Under the pieces are notes generated by a model. The model saw only the letters and a program-made list of their open reading frames with translations, had not been told where the DNA came from and made no database searches. A stretch of DNA of 64,000 nucleotides from Candidatus Moraniibacteriota bacterium (lineage in GTDB: Bacteria; Patescibacteriota; Minisyncoccia; Moranbacterales; UBA1568), in assembly GCA_049287005.1 (NCBI GenBank), contig JBAQEZ010000003.1, forward strand, positions 95,493 through 159,492, in the 5' to 3' direction. How positions within the stretch are numbered: the first letter of the stretch is position 1; every line of letters begins with the position of its first letter. Below are positions 38,246-48,582 of the stretch, in pieces. The translations under genes and the position numbers were made by a program.

Positions 38246-38723
38246 AAGAGTTTCGACAAAGTTCGAGACCGCCTCGCCCTAACACGAGGACCAAAACAAA
38301 AACAAAGTTTGCTCCTGAAAAATAAAAAACCCAGGAGAAAAACCAAAAGAAACAAAAAAATGTTCTTTCAAAAAAAACAAAGGCCAAGTGCCAGAGAACG
38401 GTGAAGGGAGAAGTATTTGCCAGTTAGGACAAATGCGATGGTGCATGAGCACAAACTACAGGAATGTAAATTGGATTACCGATGCTTTCTCACCCGAAGC
38501 TACGTAACCGACATACCTGTTGGCACATGCAAGTTCGGGCGTTACAGCCAAGTATTTAATTATTGGGCGTCGTAACGCCCGACACCAACATTCTCGTGGT
38601 GATCGGGAGGAAGGAAGACATGATGGCTTTAAGGGCCGTTTTTTTGTTGTTTATCTGCGCGGTTTAGCACAGCTTACAAACAACAACCCTGTAAGAAACC
38701 TTTTCATATGATAGTATATCTCC

Positions 38724-39113
38724 ATGGGAACTTTCAGAGTACAATCCCCGGCCGGATCTTTGGGCGAGGAGTTGGGCTGCCGCTATTTACGGGAGAAAGG
38801 CTATACGATTCTCGCTACCAACTACTGCAACACGAGCGGGCGGCGGTTAGGAGAGATCGATATCGTGGCTCAAAAACAGAAAGAAATAGTCTTTGTGGAA
38901 GTCAAAACACGCTTGAGTGGAACCAAGAGCGATATCGTGCCGGAAGCCAGTATTACTCGGGAGAAATTACACAAATTGGAGCGCATCGCGGCGCATTATT
39001 TGAGAGAAAGAAAGTGTCGGTCGGCTGCTTATCACTTTGATGCATTGGCTATTCTGTACGATGCGGGCGCCAAGAAGGCTTTGATCCGGCATTTGGAACA
39101 CATTTTTCTTTGA
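38724..39113 (+). CDS. YraN-family (UPF0102) endonuclease-like protein
   Basis: LGEELGCRYLREKGYTILATNY...GEIDIVA...IVFVEVKTR matches the YraN/UPF0102 profile. Confidence 0.65.
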   Translation: MGTFRVQSPAGSLGEELGCRYLREKGYTILATNYCNTSGRRLGEIDIVAQKQKEIVFVEVKTRLSGTKSDIVPEASITREKLHKLERIAAHYLRERKCRSAAYHFDALAILYDAGAKKALIRHLEHIFL

Positions 39114-39185
39114 TGGGCTTGGACGAGGACTGTCTTTTCTGCTATACTTGCGTGACGAAGAGATAATCCTTTTGAGAATAATCGT

Positions 39186-39530
39186 ATGTCGCTTGATGAA
39201 AATACCTTGATAGCGTTGAAAGAGAAGCTTCTGCAAGAGAAAACTCATTTGGAGGCTGAGCTTTCGGTTTTCGCCAAGCCGACGGGCATTCCTGGCGGTT
39301 ATGAAACGCAGATGGAAGAGATCGGCACCGACCTGGAGGACAATGCTACTGAAGTAGAAGGCTATGTCGACAATCTCGGACTGGAAACAAACCTGGAAGC
39401 GCAGCTGAAGGATGTCAATGATGCTTTGGATAAAATGGGCAAAGGGACATACGGGATCTGTGAGAATACTGGGCAGGAGATAAGCGTGGATCGTTTGAAA
39501 GCCTATCCGGCCGCCCGTACCGCCATTTAA
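39186..39530 (+). CDS. DksA/TraR-family protein (degenerate C4 zinc finger)
   Basis: C-terminal GTYGICENTGQEISVDRLKAYPAARTAI; two of the four Cys positions are substituted. Confidence 0.6.
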   Translation: MSLDENTLIALKEKLLQEKTHLEAELSVFAKPTGIPGGYETQMEEIGTDLEDNATEVEGYVDNLGLETNLEAQLKDVNDALDKMGKGTYGICENTGQEISVDRLKAYPAARTAI

Positions 39531-39542
39531 ACTTCGGATACT

Positions 39543-39977
39543 ATGAGGCTGCGGAAAGTGTTCCTATCGATGCTTTTTGTAGCCTTTTTTCTTTGGCTGC
39601 ATTTTTGGCTACGCGCCTGGATGGTGGCGACACACGATGATACAACACTGTGCAACCCCGGTGGACCATTTGGGGTGATTTTCCCAGTGTGGCTGCTGAT
39701 CGCCTTCAGTTGCGGGATAGTGCTTCTTTTGTTGGGAGCGTGGCTGAAAGAAAAAGGCGTTGTCTTTGGTTGGCTATGGCTTCTCATCCTTTCCGGTGGC
39801 TTGGGAAACCTGTTGGAACGTATCCTTTTTGGTTGTATTATAGACTATGTAGCCCTGCCGTTTTTTCCGGTGTTCAATCTGGCAGATGTGTTACTGACCA
39901 TCGGGACGATAGGGATTTTGTGGGGCGCGCGTTCCAAGAAACAAGAGAAAGATTCACTGAATATTAGAAATGAGTAA
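39543..39977 (+). CDS. lspA: lipoprotein signal peptidase II
   Basis: The LspA motifs are all present: N.GG.FG (CNPGGPFG), GGLGNLLERI, IIDYV, FPVFNLADV. Confidence 0.8.
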   Translation: MRLRKVFLSMLFVAFFLWLHFWLRAWMVATHDDTTLCNPGGPFGVIFPVWLLIAFSCGIVLLLLGAWLKEKGVVFGWLWLLILSGGLGNLLERILFGCIIDYVALPFFPVFNLADVLLTIGTIGILWGARSKKQEKDSLNIRNE

Positions 39978-40671
39978 TGAGCTGTTTCTTCATAATACTA
40001 TGTCAGCGAAAATTTTTTCTGCGACAACCTTGGGGTTGGAAAGCGTTTCTGTAGAAGTGGAGGTGGATGTTCTGTCCGCAGGACTTCACGCTTTTACGCT
40101 GGTTGGATTGCCGGATACGGCTATCAAGGAATCGCGCGACCGTGTCAGCGCCGCGCTCAAAAATAGCGGTTTCAGGCCGCCGCATCAATGCGGTCGCGTG
40201 ACCGTCAATCTCGCTCCGGCCGATCTGCCGAAAAATACTCCCATCTATGATTTACCGATGGCGTTGGGATTTCTCTTGGCGACAGAACAACTCTCTTTCG
40301 ATCATCGAAAAAAACTATTCATCGGAGAACTGGCTTTGGATGGTAGCGTGCGCCGCGTGCAAGGCGTCTTGCCTATCGCTTTGTATGCGAAAGAAAAAGG
40401 GTTCCAAGAAATTTATGTTCCGGAGGATAACGCGTATGAAGCGGCGCTGGTCGAAGATATCGACGTGATTCCCGTGAAGCATCTTTTTGCTGTCGCGAAA
40501 CATCTGTGCGGGGAAAAATTGATAGAGCCGTACCGGCGAGAAGCGGTAGTCTTCTCTACGGAGGAATATGATGGACTGGATATGGCCTACGTACTGGGCC
40601 AAGAACACGCCAAGCGGGCGCTCGAAATCGCGGCGGCGGGAGGGCACAATACGCTAATATACGGTCTATAA
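39970..40671 (+). pseudogene. comM: comM/yifB (Mg-chelatase-like AAA+ competence protein) N-terminal fragment, truncated by island insertion
   Basis: Ends ...AKRALEIAAAGGHNTLIYGL*, exactly where ComM normally continues into the Walker A (GGHNxxxxGPPGSGKT). The continuation is found at 51467. Confidence 0.8.
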
Positions 40672-40727
40672 AGTTGACAAATAGGAAATAAGGTATATAG
40701 TGGCTATACATAAGTTAAAGCCATTAT

Positions 40728-42515
40728 ATGGAGAACGCCGTAGGCTACATAAGGGTATCTTCCGAAAAACAAGACTACGAGCGTCAAAGGGACGAGATTA
40801 TTCAGTATGCCGCTAAAAACAACTTTACAGTAGTTAAATTCTTTGAGGACAAGCACTCTGGAAGTGACTATGATGAGAGGAGAGGCTTTCAGGAGCTTCT
40901 TATTTTTTTAGACGAGAATTCTCATATCAAGATAGTTATCTTTGATGAGATCAGCCGTATGGGGCGGGATACTGCTATGCAGGTAACGACCTATAAGGCA
41001 CTCTCAAAGAAAGGCATTAGGATTTTCACAAGAGGCAAGGGTGAATTTGGGAGTAATAAAGAGGACAACCTCTTATTTACAGTTCTTTCAGCAATCGCTG
41101 ACTATGAGAAGCAGACAATCATAGATAGAACCTCGTCAGGACGTAGAAAAGTCGTCAGGGACGGGTTTACGCAGATAAGCAGGCGTCCTTATGGATATAA
41201 CCTCGTTTTGACCGTAAAACAGAATAGGCAAGTCATAAAAAGGCAATCAATTGAGGTAAACAAAGAGGAAGCAGAAGTCGTTAAAAGAATGTTTGAAATC
41301 GTGGCAAAAAATGGGACTTCCTTTGACGCATTAAAGTATTTGAGCAACAGCAAGGTAAAACCACCCAAAGGGAAGAAATGGGGTAAATCTACTGTCTTGC
41401 GGATTCTCCATAACACTACTTATTATGGCGAGTGGAGATTTGGGAAGTACGTGAAAAATCATAAAACAAGGTATTCATTAGCAAAAAGAAAAGAGGAAGA
41501 TTTAACCATTGTTAATGTCCCGGCTATTATTTCCAAAACTCTTTTTGATGTTGTTCAGGAGAAATTGTCTAAAAATAAAACTAGCTTTAATCCTAGAAAC
41601 AGTAAAAGCACCTTTCTTTTGCAGGGAATGCTTCGTTGTGCGTGCGGCAAGTTAATGCAGTGTTACACGGAAGCAAGGACAAAAGAGAGGATTTACCGCT
41701 GTCCTCAAAGGAATATAGCAGGGGTAAGTGAAAAAACCTGTCAGATCCATTCGTTTAAAGCTGATTTTATTGAACGAATCTTTTTGCAGGAGGTGAAAGA
41801 AAGGATTGGAGATAAAGAGTTTTTAAAGGAAGAAAAGCTGAAAAAGCTTACTACGTTAAAAGAGCCATTGAACCGTCTTGAAAAGGAGCTTGATTCTACG
41901 AAAGAATCGTATGAATCGGATATCATCAACCTGAAACAATACTATGAGAAGTCTGTTATTCTCCAATCTAGTGATCCTGATAAAGCGAGGATATTTGAGG
42001 GGCTGGCAGATAATCTTTTAGAAAAGACAAAAGGACACAAAGAAACAATAGGAAAGTTAGTAGAGGAAATAAAGAAACTCAAAGAAAAAAGCATTGATTA
42101 TTCTTCATTCAAAGACCTCAAAAAGGCACTTGCGTATATTACTCAAAAGGACATTGAAGAATATGACGAATCTGCGCTTGATAAGAAAATTAAGTTAGCG
42201 AGAACTTACTTGAAAGAGGTGGTAGTAAGATTTCTTAATGAAGAAACAGAAAAACTACGGAGGGGGGTATTGGAATTGAGAAGCAGGGGAGTTTATAAAA
42301 AGGGAAATGAGGGTTACCGGAAGTTATATTTTAGTGTTGTTAATAAGGAACATATGCTTCGCAGGAATGCGGCAATTGTTGTAGGATTTGAGGTAAGTTT
42401 TGTGAATAACTTCCAATTGTTTGTTAAGTTTCCTTATTTACACGATCAACCGGAGCTTTTACAAAACTATGCAAAAGAGGGACGGGGAGTATCTTTAATC
42501 CCCTCTCACTTCTAA
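40728..42515 (+). CDS. large serine recombinase (resolvase/invertase N-domain + recombinase domain + zinc ribbon + coiled coil)
   Basis: VGYIRVSSEKQDYERQRDEI (catalytic Ser); CACGKLMQCYTEARTKERIYRCPQ zinc ribbon; 595 aa. Confidence 0.85.
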   Translation: MENAVGYIRVSSEKQDYERQRDEIIQYAAKNNFTVVKFFEDKHSGSDYDERRGFQELLIFLDENSHIKIVIFDEISRMGRDTAMQVTTYKALSKKGIRIFTRGKGEFGSNKEDNLLFTVLSAIADYEKQTIIDRTSSGRRKVVRDGFTQISRRPYGYNLVLTVKQNRQVIKRQSIEVNKEEAEVVKRMFEIVAKNGTSFDALKYLSNSKVKPPKGKKWGKSTVLRILHNTTYYGEWRFGKYVKNHKTRYSLAKRKEEDLTIVNVPAIISKTLFDVVQEKLSKNKTSFNPRNSKSTFLLQGMLRCACGKLMQCYTEARTKERIYRCPQRNIAGVSEKTCQIHSFKADFIERIFLQEVKERIGDKEFLKEEKLKKLTTLKEPLNRLEKELDSTKESYESDIINLKQYYEKSVILQSSDPDKARIFEGLADNLLEKTKGHKETIGKLVEEIKKLKEKSIDYSSFKDLKKALAYITQKDIEEYDESALDKKIKLARTYLKEVVVRFLNEETEKLRRGVLELRSRGVYKKGNEGYRKLYFSVVNKEHMLRRNAAIVVGFEVSFVNNFQLFVKFPYLHDQPELLQNYAKEGRGVSLIPSHF

Positions 42516-42680
42516 TCATTCTTCTAACTTTTGGCTATGGAATCAGGTAATTTATAAGTATTATTGGGTGGTCAAAAAATGCAGATTGAGGCTTGATTAA
42601 AGGTAATTTATGTGGTAAAATAATTGTGTTGGAAATACCGCAGAATACCGCAGTCTTAAAAAGAGTAAGCACAAAATAAT

Positions 42681-43835
42681 ATGGCAAAAATAATCAAAGC
42701 AAAGATTGAAAATCTAAAATACCGAGCGGGTAACTCAATGAGGGAAAACGGGTTGACTGAATATAAACTTGGTAACTTTGATGTGAACGAAGCATCGGCA
42801 AGTGGTATAGTAGAGATTAATGGCAAAAACAAAATTGCATATTCAAAATGGGTTACGCCAAAACGAACAAGGTCATATCCATTTGCAAGGATTTATGACA
42901 CATATAGTTTTGGTGGTAAGAGAATAACCATAATACCAATTATTAAAGATGAAGGCGTTGGTGCTTCAAAAAATAAATCAAATAATGACAGAATAAACTT
43001 CATTACGTTGTCTTGGATGAACCTTACCAATATATTTGTAATACTCGCTTGGTATTCAGAAGCAGAAAGGAAAAGTGAATACCGCATTACTAACCAAAGG
43101 TTTGACAATGACTATATAAAAACGAAAATAAAGGAAATCAGTGAATACCAGTTTGATGCTCATCACTGGAACAATAATCATTTTATAAAAGATTTTCGTG
43201 CTGTGTATGAAAAAGCAGTTTCTTCATATGAGCATATAGCAAAAAAACTGTCCGTGAAGTTGCACCCATCATCAAGACACAAAGCTTTCTTGGAAAAAAT
43301 AATTGATAAGTCAAACCCCAAGATAATTAGTCTGAACGGTTTTGCCTTGGAAACTCTAGCTAAATCAAGGTTGGCGGCGGCGAGGGAAGTTATTGTAAAA
43401 CACAAAAACGAATACCTGTCTCTTGATAGCGAAAAACTCCTATTTGAAATAATAAACAACCTTGGTGGCAGTTATTTTTTGACTGCTGACGAAATCATTA
43501 TTGATGGAGATAAGAAAAACCTGACCATACAGGAAGCCAAAAACGCAACAACAGGGAAGTTACCAAAATCGGCAGATATAAAAGACGGTTTATTCAAAAT
43601 ACTTTTGTTTTCCCAAATAAAAACAATTCATTTGGATGGCATCAAATATGACTATACAGTTACTTTGAAGCTAACTGGTAACCTTTCTTCAACTTTGCTA
43701 CTTCCAAACAATAAAAAGAATATATCTGCCTTTATCAAAAAAGAAAAACTGTCCGGTCCTGATATGGGAGCTATTTTTATGCTGAACGAGGAAGCTACAG
43801 AAAATAACTATGAGGTTAAAATCACCAGTAATTAA
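42681..43835 (+). CDS. hypothetical protein; candidate PD-(D/E)xK restriction endonuclease partner of the Dam-class MTase
   Basis: Possible catalytic IIIDGD ... LTIQEAK (D...ExK) near the C-terminus; sits in the same orientation 2 genes upstream of the MTase. Weak. Confidence 0.35.
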   Translation: MAKIIKAKIENLKYRAGNSMRENGLTEYKLGNFDVNEASASGIVEINGKNKIAYSKWVTPKRTRSYPFARIYDTYSFGGKRITIIPIIKDEGVGASKNKSNNDRINFITLSWMNLTNIFVILAWYSEAERKSEYRITNQRFDNDYIKTKIKEISEYQFDAHHWNNNHFIKDFRAVYEKAVSSYEHIAKKLSVKLHPSSRHKAFLEKIIDKSNPKIISLNGFALETLAKSRLAAAREVIVKHKNEYLSLDSEKLLFEIINNLGGSYFLTADEIIIDGDKKNLTIQEAKNATTGKLPKSADIKDGLFKILLFSQIKTIHLDGIKYDYTVTLKLTGNLSSTLLLPNNKKNISAFIKKEKLSGPDMGAIFMLNEEATENNYEVKITSN

Positions 43836-43843
43836 AATCCCCT

Positions 43844-44395
43844 ATGAGATATTATTCTTCAAAAGAAACTATATCGCTGGATGATGAAATTATAAAAAAA
43901 GCAAAAGAGTTCGCAGACAAAGTAGTTGGGACTATTAATTACGGAGATAGCAATCAGTTTGATCTAATCAAAATTGCAAACGACCATTTTATTAGTAAAA
44001 TTGGCGAGGAGGCTGCTAAAAAAGTATTTGAAAGTTTGGGAAAAAACGTTCAGGGTCCCAATTACACTATTTATGAAAAAAAAGAAAAAAGTTGGGATGC
44101 TGACCTCCTGATAGATAGTAGCGTAGAGGTCGCCGTAAAAACACAAAAAAAATCAGCCGCTGATAGATTTGGCTTATCTTGGACTTTTCAGGCATCACCA
44201 GAGCGCAGGGATATAATTTTGGATAATAAGGACGCGTGGGTGGTTTTTGTTGAGTGTAATGATAAAGATGGTTCTTTTGATTGCACTGTTTATCCGCCCT
44301 ATCAAATAAAAGAATTAACATTCGGAGAACCAAAACTTGATTATTTGAAAGGAAAAAAGAAAGTTGTTTACGCAACCAATTTACCCATAATTTGA
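43844..44395 (+). CDS. hypothetical protein, translationally coupled to the MTase (ATGA overlap)
   Basis: 183 aa; stop overlaps the MTase start codon; possible D...EVAVK motif. Confidence 0.45.
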   Translation: MRYYSSKETISLDDEIIKKAKEFADKVVGTINYGDSNQFDLIKIANDHFISKIGEEAAKKVFESLGKNVQGPNYTIYEKKEKSWDADLLIDSSVEVAVKTQKKSAADRFGLSWTFQASPERRDIILDNKDAWVVFVECNDKDGSFDCTVYPPYQIKELTFGEPKLDYLKGKKKVVYATNLPII

Positions 44396-45261
44396 GAGAT
44401 ATGATAACAACACCTTTAAGATATCCGGGCGGAAAAGCTAAAGCAATAAAAAAAATACTGCCTCTTGTCCCAACATTTTCCGAGTTTAGAGAGCCATTTC
44501 TTGGCGGCGCTTCTGTTTTCCTGGCTTTGAAGCAGAAGTATCCAGATAAGAAATACTGGGTGAATGATTTAAACAATGACCTATATCATTTTTGGATAAA
44601 TCTAAAGAATAATTGTGAAAAACTTGTAAGAGGGGTTCAGAGGAAAAAGGATATAGAAAAAGATGGTAGGGTGTTACATAAAAATCTTGTTGAAAATAAT
44701 CCAAAATCAAGTATTGGGAAGGCAATTAGATTTTTTGTGCTGAACAGAATAACATTTTCTGGGACTATTGAAGCGGGTGGTTATTCCCAAGGTGCGTTTG
44801 AGGCTCGTTTTACACAATCCTCTATTCGTAGACTGAAGCCTGTTAGTTCAGTATTAAATGATACTGAAATTACAAACCTTGACTATGAGAAACTGATTAA
44901 CAAAAAAGGTAAGGACGTATTCATTTTTTTAGATCCCCCATATTTGTCTGCAACAAAGTCTCGTCTATATGGGAAGAAAGGTAATTTGCATACAAGCTTT
45001 GACCACAAAAGATTTGCGAGAGTTATGAAAAAAACGAAGCATAAATGGATGATTACTTATGATGATTGTCCAGAGGTTAGGGATTTGTTTGCATTTGCCA
45101 ACATTTTAAGTTGGGAGTTTCAGTATGGTATGAACAACTACAAGCAGGAAACTGCGGCGAAAGGGAAAGAGCTTATCATTACAAATTACACGCTCCCGGA
45201 GCCTGAAACGCTATTTTCAATGAATGAGGTTTCACTAAAAATTACAAAAGTTACAGCGTAA
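44392..45261 (+). CDS. Dam-class (D12, alpha-group) N6-adenine DNA methyltransferase
   Basis: Motif I region RYPGGKAKAI / FLGGASVF and motif IV DPPY (IFLDPPYLSATKS). Confidence 0.8.
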   Translation: MRDMITTPLRYPGGKAKAIKKILPLVPTFSEFREPFLGGASVFLALKQKYPDKKYWVNDLNNDLYHFWINLKNNCEKLVRGVQRKKDIEKDGRVLHKNLVENNPKSSIGKAIRFFVLNRITFSGTIEAGGYSQGAFEARFTQSSIRRLKPVSSVLNDTEITNLDYEKLINKKGKDVFIFLDPPYLSATKSRLYGKKGNLHTSFDHKRFARVMKKTKHKWMITYDDCPEVRDLFAFANILSWEFQYGMNNYKQETAAKGKELIITNYTLPEPETLFSMNEVSLKITKVTA

Positions 45262-45426
45262 TAATTTATGAAGGTAGTCAATGTCTTATGTGTATCAACT
45301 GAAGAATAAAAGGGGGCAGGCAATTCTTTGCCCGCCCAGATTGAGTGTGTAAAAAAACTGTTGTAAGAAAAAGTCTTTTATGCAAAGTCCCCGATAGCCT
45401 AGATAATGAATCTATTCAAAAAATAA

Positions 45427-45828
45427 ATGAATAATTCCAATCGGTCACAACTTTATGAAGAAGAGTTTGATTTTATCTTTAACAAAAAAGGATCTGGTGT
45501 AAGGCGCGCGACAGTAATTTCTGCATTTATAGAGTGGCAGATAATTTCACTGGCAAGCAATTTTTTAGAGGAAAGGAACGTCGTACACAAGCCAGAACCA
45601 TATCAAGAGTATAGCCAGTCTTTCTATGTTTTAAAGGTGAATAGTGTTCTTACCACGGAAGAATTAGAAAGGGTAAAAAAATTTCGTAAGGAAAGAAATA
45701 AATCTATTCACGGGATATTCAAAGGTATGACACGTCCTGAATGGGATAGACAGAATAAACTTGTGATAAATCTCGGTAAGCCAATCGTAAAGGAACTAGA
45801 TAAAAAGCTTTATTCTTCTAATATATAA
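45427..45828 (+). CDS. hypothetical protein
   Basis: 133-aa ORF in the island; no motifs recognised. Confidence 0.45.
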   Translation: MNNSNRSQLYEEEFDFIFNKKGSGVRRATVISAFIEWQIISLASNFLEERNVVHKPEPYQEYSQSFYVLKVNSVLTTEELERVKKFRKERNKSIHGIFKGMTRPEWDRQNKLVINLGKPIVKELDKKLYSSNI

Positions 45829-45837
45829 TCGTTAATT

Positions 45838-46098
45838 ATGACCGTCCACATAGGCTACCGCTTCTACCCATTGAAAGAGCTATTACAAGCACTCAAAAAA
45901 GATAGGCAAACTTTAATTTGTGATTTGCCTTTTGAGTTAAGAATTCGCCAATTTTTTGAAAGCGAATTTAGTATAACGGGGAAAGAAGAACGTCCTTTGT
46001 CTGATGAAGAAGTGGAAAAGTTGGTAGAGCATTACAAATCTTTCCAAAAAATCTTTGAAGAAAAAGGGTTATTGCCTGTCAAAAAGTTAAACTTGTAG
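45838..46098 (+). CDS. hypothetical protein
   Basis: 86-aa ORF 10 nt after the previous gene. Confidence 0.4.
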   Translation: MTVHIGYRFYPLKELLQALKKDRQTLICDLPFELRIRQFFESEFSITGKEERPLSDEEVEKLVEHYKSFQKIFEEKGLLPVKKLNL

Positions 46099-46205
46099 AT
46101 TCCCCCATTATGTATTTAAAAGTATTTTTCTATCTTGCTGAAAAGAATCTTTATGCAAAGGTCTGGAAGTAAGGTAGTCTAGATAATAAATCTGGATATG
46201 TTTTA

Positions 46206-47369
46206 ATGATGAAAACCATTTTTACTAGGGATAGGATCAGAAAGGCGATTACTAGGACAAAACCGTGGGCAACGCCGATTTTTGCTCAATTGTGTATTGG
46301 AAACCACGAAAGCCTAGTTGTATTACGAAGTCAAATAGAAAAATGGTTGAAAAATGTTCCCAAAGAGAAAAGAAAAGACCTTGCGAGCAGGTTGACGCAG
46401 TGGGACGATATGAATCACCTCTCTGCATTTTTTGAATTGATGTGGCATCAATTTTTTCTTGAAGAGAAATTTCGCGTCTGTAATGAACCAGTTCTAGACA
46501 ATGGGAAAAAGCCAGAGTTTCTTTTATATACAAAATATGGTGATTTTTTATTTGAAGTGATAACCTCATTTGATGAGAAAACTTTGTATAAGAAGAAAAA
46601 GATTACGGAGGAAATTTTAGGGAAAACGAGTGAAATCAGTCATCATTTTAGGATAAGCCTTTCGTTAGATAAGTGGTTTGGTCACGATTTCAAATCTTCA
46701 TTGTTTCTAAAATTTGTAGTGAACCAGTTAGATTTATTGTTGTTGGCTAGAAATCAAAATCAAGAAAAGTTTGAGCCGATAACATATCGTCAGAAAGACT
46801 ATGTAATTGAAATTGATATTTCTTCTTTCCAAGAGAAACGTGGGAAAATTTTGGCAGGCGTTTCATATCCCGGTTATTCAGGGACTCTTGGGTCAAAACA
46901 AATCAAATCTAGATTGCAGAAAAAAATTACAAATTATAAAAACGTGGTTGATCTCAAAAAACCATTAGTTGTCGCGGTCTGTAATGATAATAGCAATTCG
47001 TTTATTGGGAATTCTGTGGAATATGATTTATTCGGGAGACCAACTGTTCATTTTAGCATTGACGGCTCTGGAAAGTCTTATTGGGGAAGAGATAATAGCG
47101 GAATTTTTATGCAAAGAAATGCTGATAGATCACCAAGAAATACTAGATTGAGTGCGGTAATTCAGTGTGCAAGGAAGTGGGGGAAAACAAAAAAATATAA
47201 GAATGGGTCGTATATTTATGATATGGCTGTTTATCATAATCCATTTGCGGCATTTCCAATCAGTAAAAATGTCTTTTCCAAATTTGCTCAATATATCCCA
47301 CATCAAACGAAAACTGGTGGCGTAATGAAATGGCGAAATAAGAAAGAGAATAGATACATTGTGTTTTAG
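46206..47369 (+). CDS. hypothetical protein
   Basis: 387-aa ORF; no motifs recognised. Confidence 0.5.
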   Translation: MMKTIFTRDRIRKAITRTKPWATPIFAQLCIGNHESLVVLRSQIEKWLKNVPKEKRKDLASRLTQWDDMNHLSAFFELMWHQFFLEEKFRVCNEPVLDNGKKPEFLLYTKYGDFLFEVITSFDEKTLYKKKKITEEILGKTSEISHHFRISLSLDKWFGHDFKSSLFLKFVVNQLDLLLLARNQNQEKFEPITYRQKDYVIEIDISSFQEKRGKILAGVSYPGYSGTLGSKQIKSRLQKKITNYKNVVDLKKPLVVAVCNDNSNSFIGNSVEYDLFGRPTVHFSIDGSGKSYWGRDNSGIFMQRNADRSPRNTRLSAVIQCARKWGKTKKYKNGSYIYDMAVYHNPFAAFPISKNVFSKFAQYIPHQTKTGGVMKWRNKKENRYIVF

Positions 47370-47410
47370 TGGTTTCTATCTAGCTGAAAGTAGCTTTTTC
47401 ACTCTTTTTG

Positions 47411-47578
47411 TTAAGCCATTTGATCTATCTGCCCCAAATCCATTTCCAGATTGAGTAAGCACTGTTGCTCGGTCATATCCGGATACTTCGCTTGAAGCTT
47501 CTCCACCGCGTCCCAAATCATTTTTGGAGGGTAGGTGGCTAGTGTTGGGTATTCTTTTTTGTCTAGTTCTTTATTCAT
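47411..47578 (-). CDS. 55-aa hypothetical protein (below the ORF-track size cutoff)
   Basis: Manual translation MNKELDKKEYPTLATYPPKMIWDAVEKLQAKYPDMTEQQCLLNLEMDLGQIDQMA; last gene of a minus-strand operon. Confidence 0.3.
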   Translation of the reverse strand: MNKELDKKEYPTLATYPPKMIWDAVEKLQAKYPDMTEQQCLLNLEMDLGQIDQMA

Positions 47579-47597
47579 AGATATTATTGTGCTGTAT

Positions 47598-48017
47598 CTA
47601 GTGACGAAATCGGGGGGTTATGCACATAGTTTGGATTTCATAAAAGAGCTTTCCATTCGGAAAATAGTACAGATATTTTTCTTCAAAAGGATCCCGAAAG
47701 ATTTCCTTTTTTACTCCATCAACAAGTATCCCGTCAGATTTGGAACAGATAGCTACCCGACCGGTATCCACCAATTCCAAAAGACCATAAGTGTCCTGTG
47801 TATCTTCCGGGTAATTGCTTGGCTTTGTTCGTAAATCTGTTTTGTTATAAAACACGGTAGCTTCTGATAGGCTATCTTGGCTATCGTATTTCTCTTTGGG
47901 CGAAAGCCTGATGATAGTAGTGCTTGTGCTTTCGTTGGGAATTGGATCTCTATGTTTGTAGGATTCAATCCTCTTTATTTGCTCTTGAAGCAGAGATTCT
48001 TTTTTATTGTCTAACAT
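47598..48017 (-). CDS. hypothetical protein
   Basis: 139-aa ORF within a co-oriented four-gene cluster. Confidence 0.45.
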   Translation of the reverse strand: MLDNKKESLLQEQIKRIESYKHRDPIPNESTSTTIIRLSPKEKYDSQDSLSEATVFYNKTDLRTKPSNYPEDTQDTYGLLELVDTGRVAICSKSDGILVDGVKKEIFRDPFEEKYLYYFPNGKLFYEIQTMCITPRFRH

Positions 48018-48036
48018 AAAACGTTCAATCTAAAAC

Positions 48037-48582
48037 CTACTTTAATTTTTTCAATTGGTTATTCCTTTCATTTACACATTCAGTAATGTTGCTATTATAT
48101 TCTTCTGTATAGGCGGGCTTATAATCATTAGCAAGCTGTTCTTGAAATCTTTCTTTGCTTTTTGAAAGACAATCGTTATATTTATCTATGGCTTTTTCAG
48201 CTATAACGTTTTTCTGTTTTATTAAATCACACTCGCTCTCGCTGACTTTGAGGGTAGTGCCGTCAAAAGCCAGACAGGATACTATTTTTTCTTCTACTTT
48301 TATTGGAGCAACTTCTACGCTTTTTATGGCTGTCTGGGTTTGTTGGGTAGTGGCTTCCGATACTGGAATGTCTTTTTCTGCTTCTTTATTTGCTTCTTGA
48401 TTGGTTTCATTTTTTGCTTGCAATTCCTCTACTGATTTTTGTAAGGCTTCAACTTGTTGTTTAGTTTTTTCTTTTTCATTTTTGATTACAAAATAGCCAG
48501 ACGCAACCGTTGTTGTTACTGCTGACGTTATAACTACTGTGAGCAATAATGCCCGGTGTTGTTGAAGAAAATCTTTAATCAT
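48037..48582 (-). CDS. membrane-anchored coiled-coil protein, hypothetical
   Basis: N-terminal TM (ALLLTVVITSAVTTTVASGYFVI) followed by a K/E/Q-rich coiled coil; overlaps the upstream gene by 8 nt. Confidence 0.45.
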   Translation of the reverse strand: MIKDFLQQHRALLLTVVITSAVTTTVASGYFVIKNEKEKTKQQVEALQKSVEELQAKNETNQEANKEAEKDIPVSEATTQQTQTAIKSVEVAPIKVEEKIVSCLAFDGTTLKVSESECDLIKQKNVIAEKAIDKYNDCLSKSKERFQEQLANDYKPAYTEEYNSNITECVNERNNQLKKLK

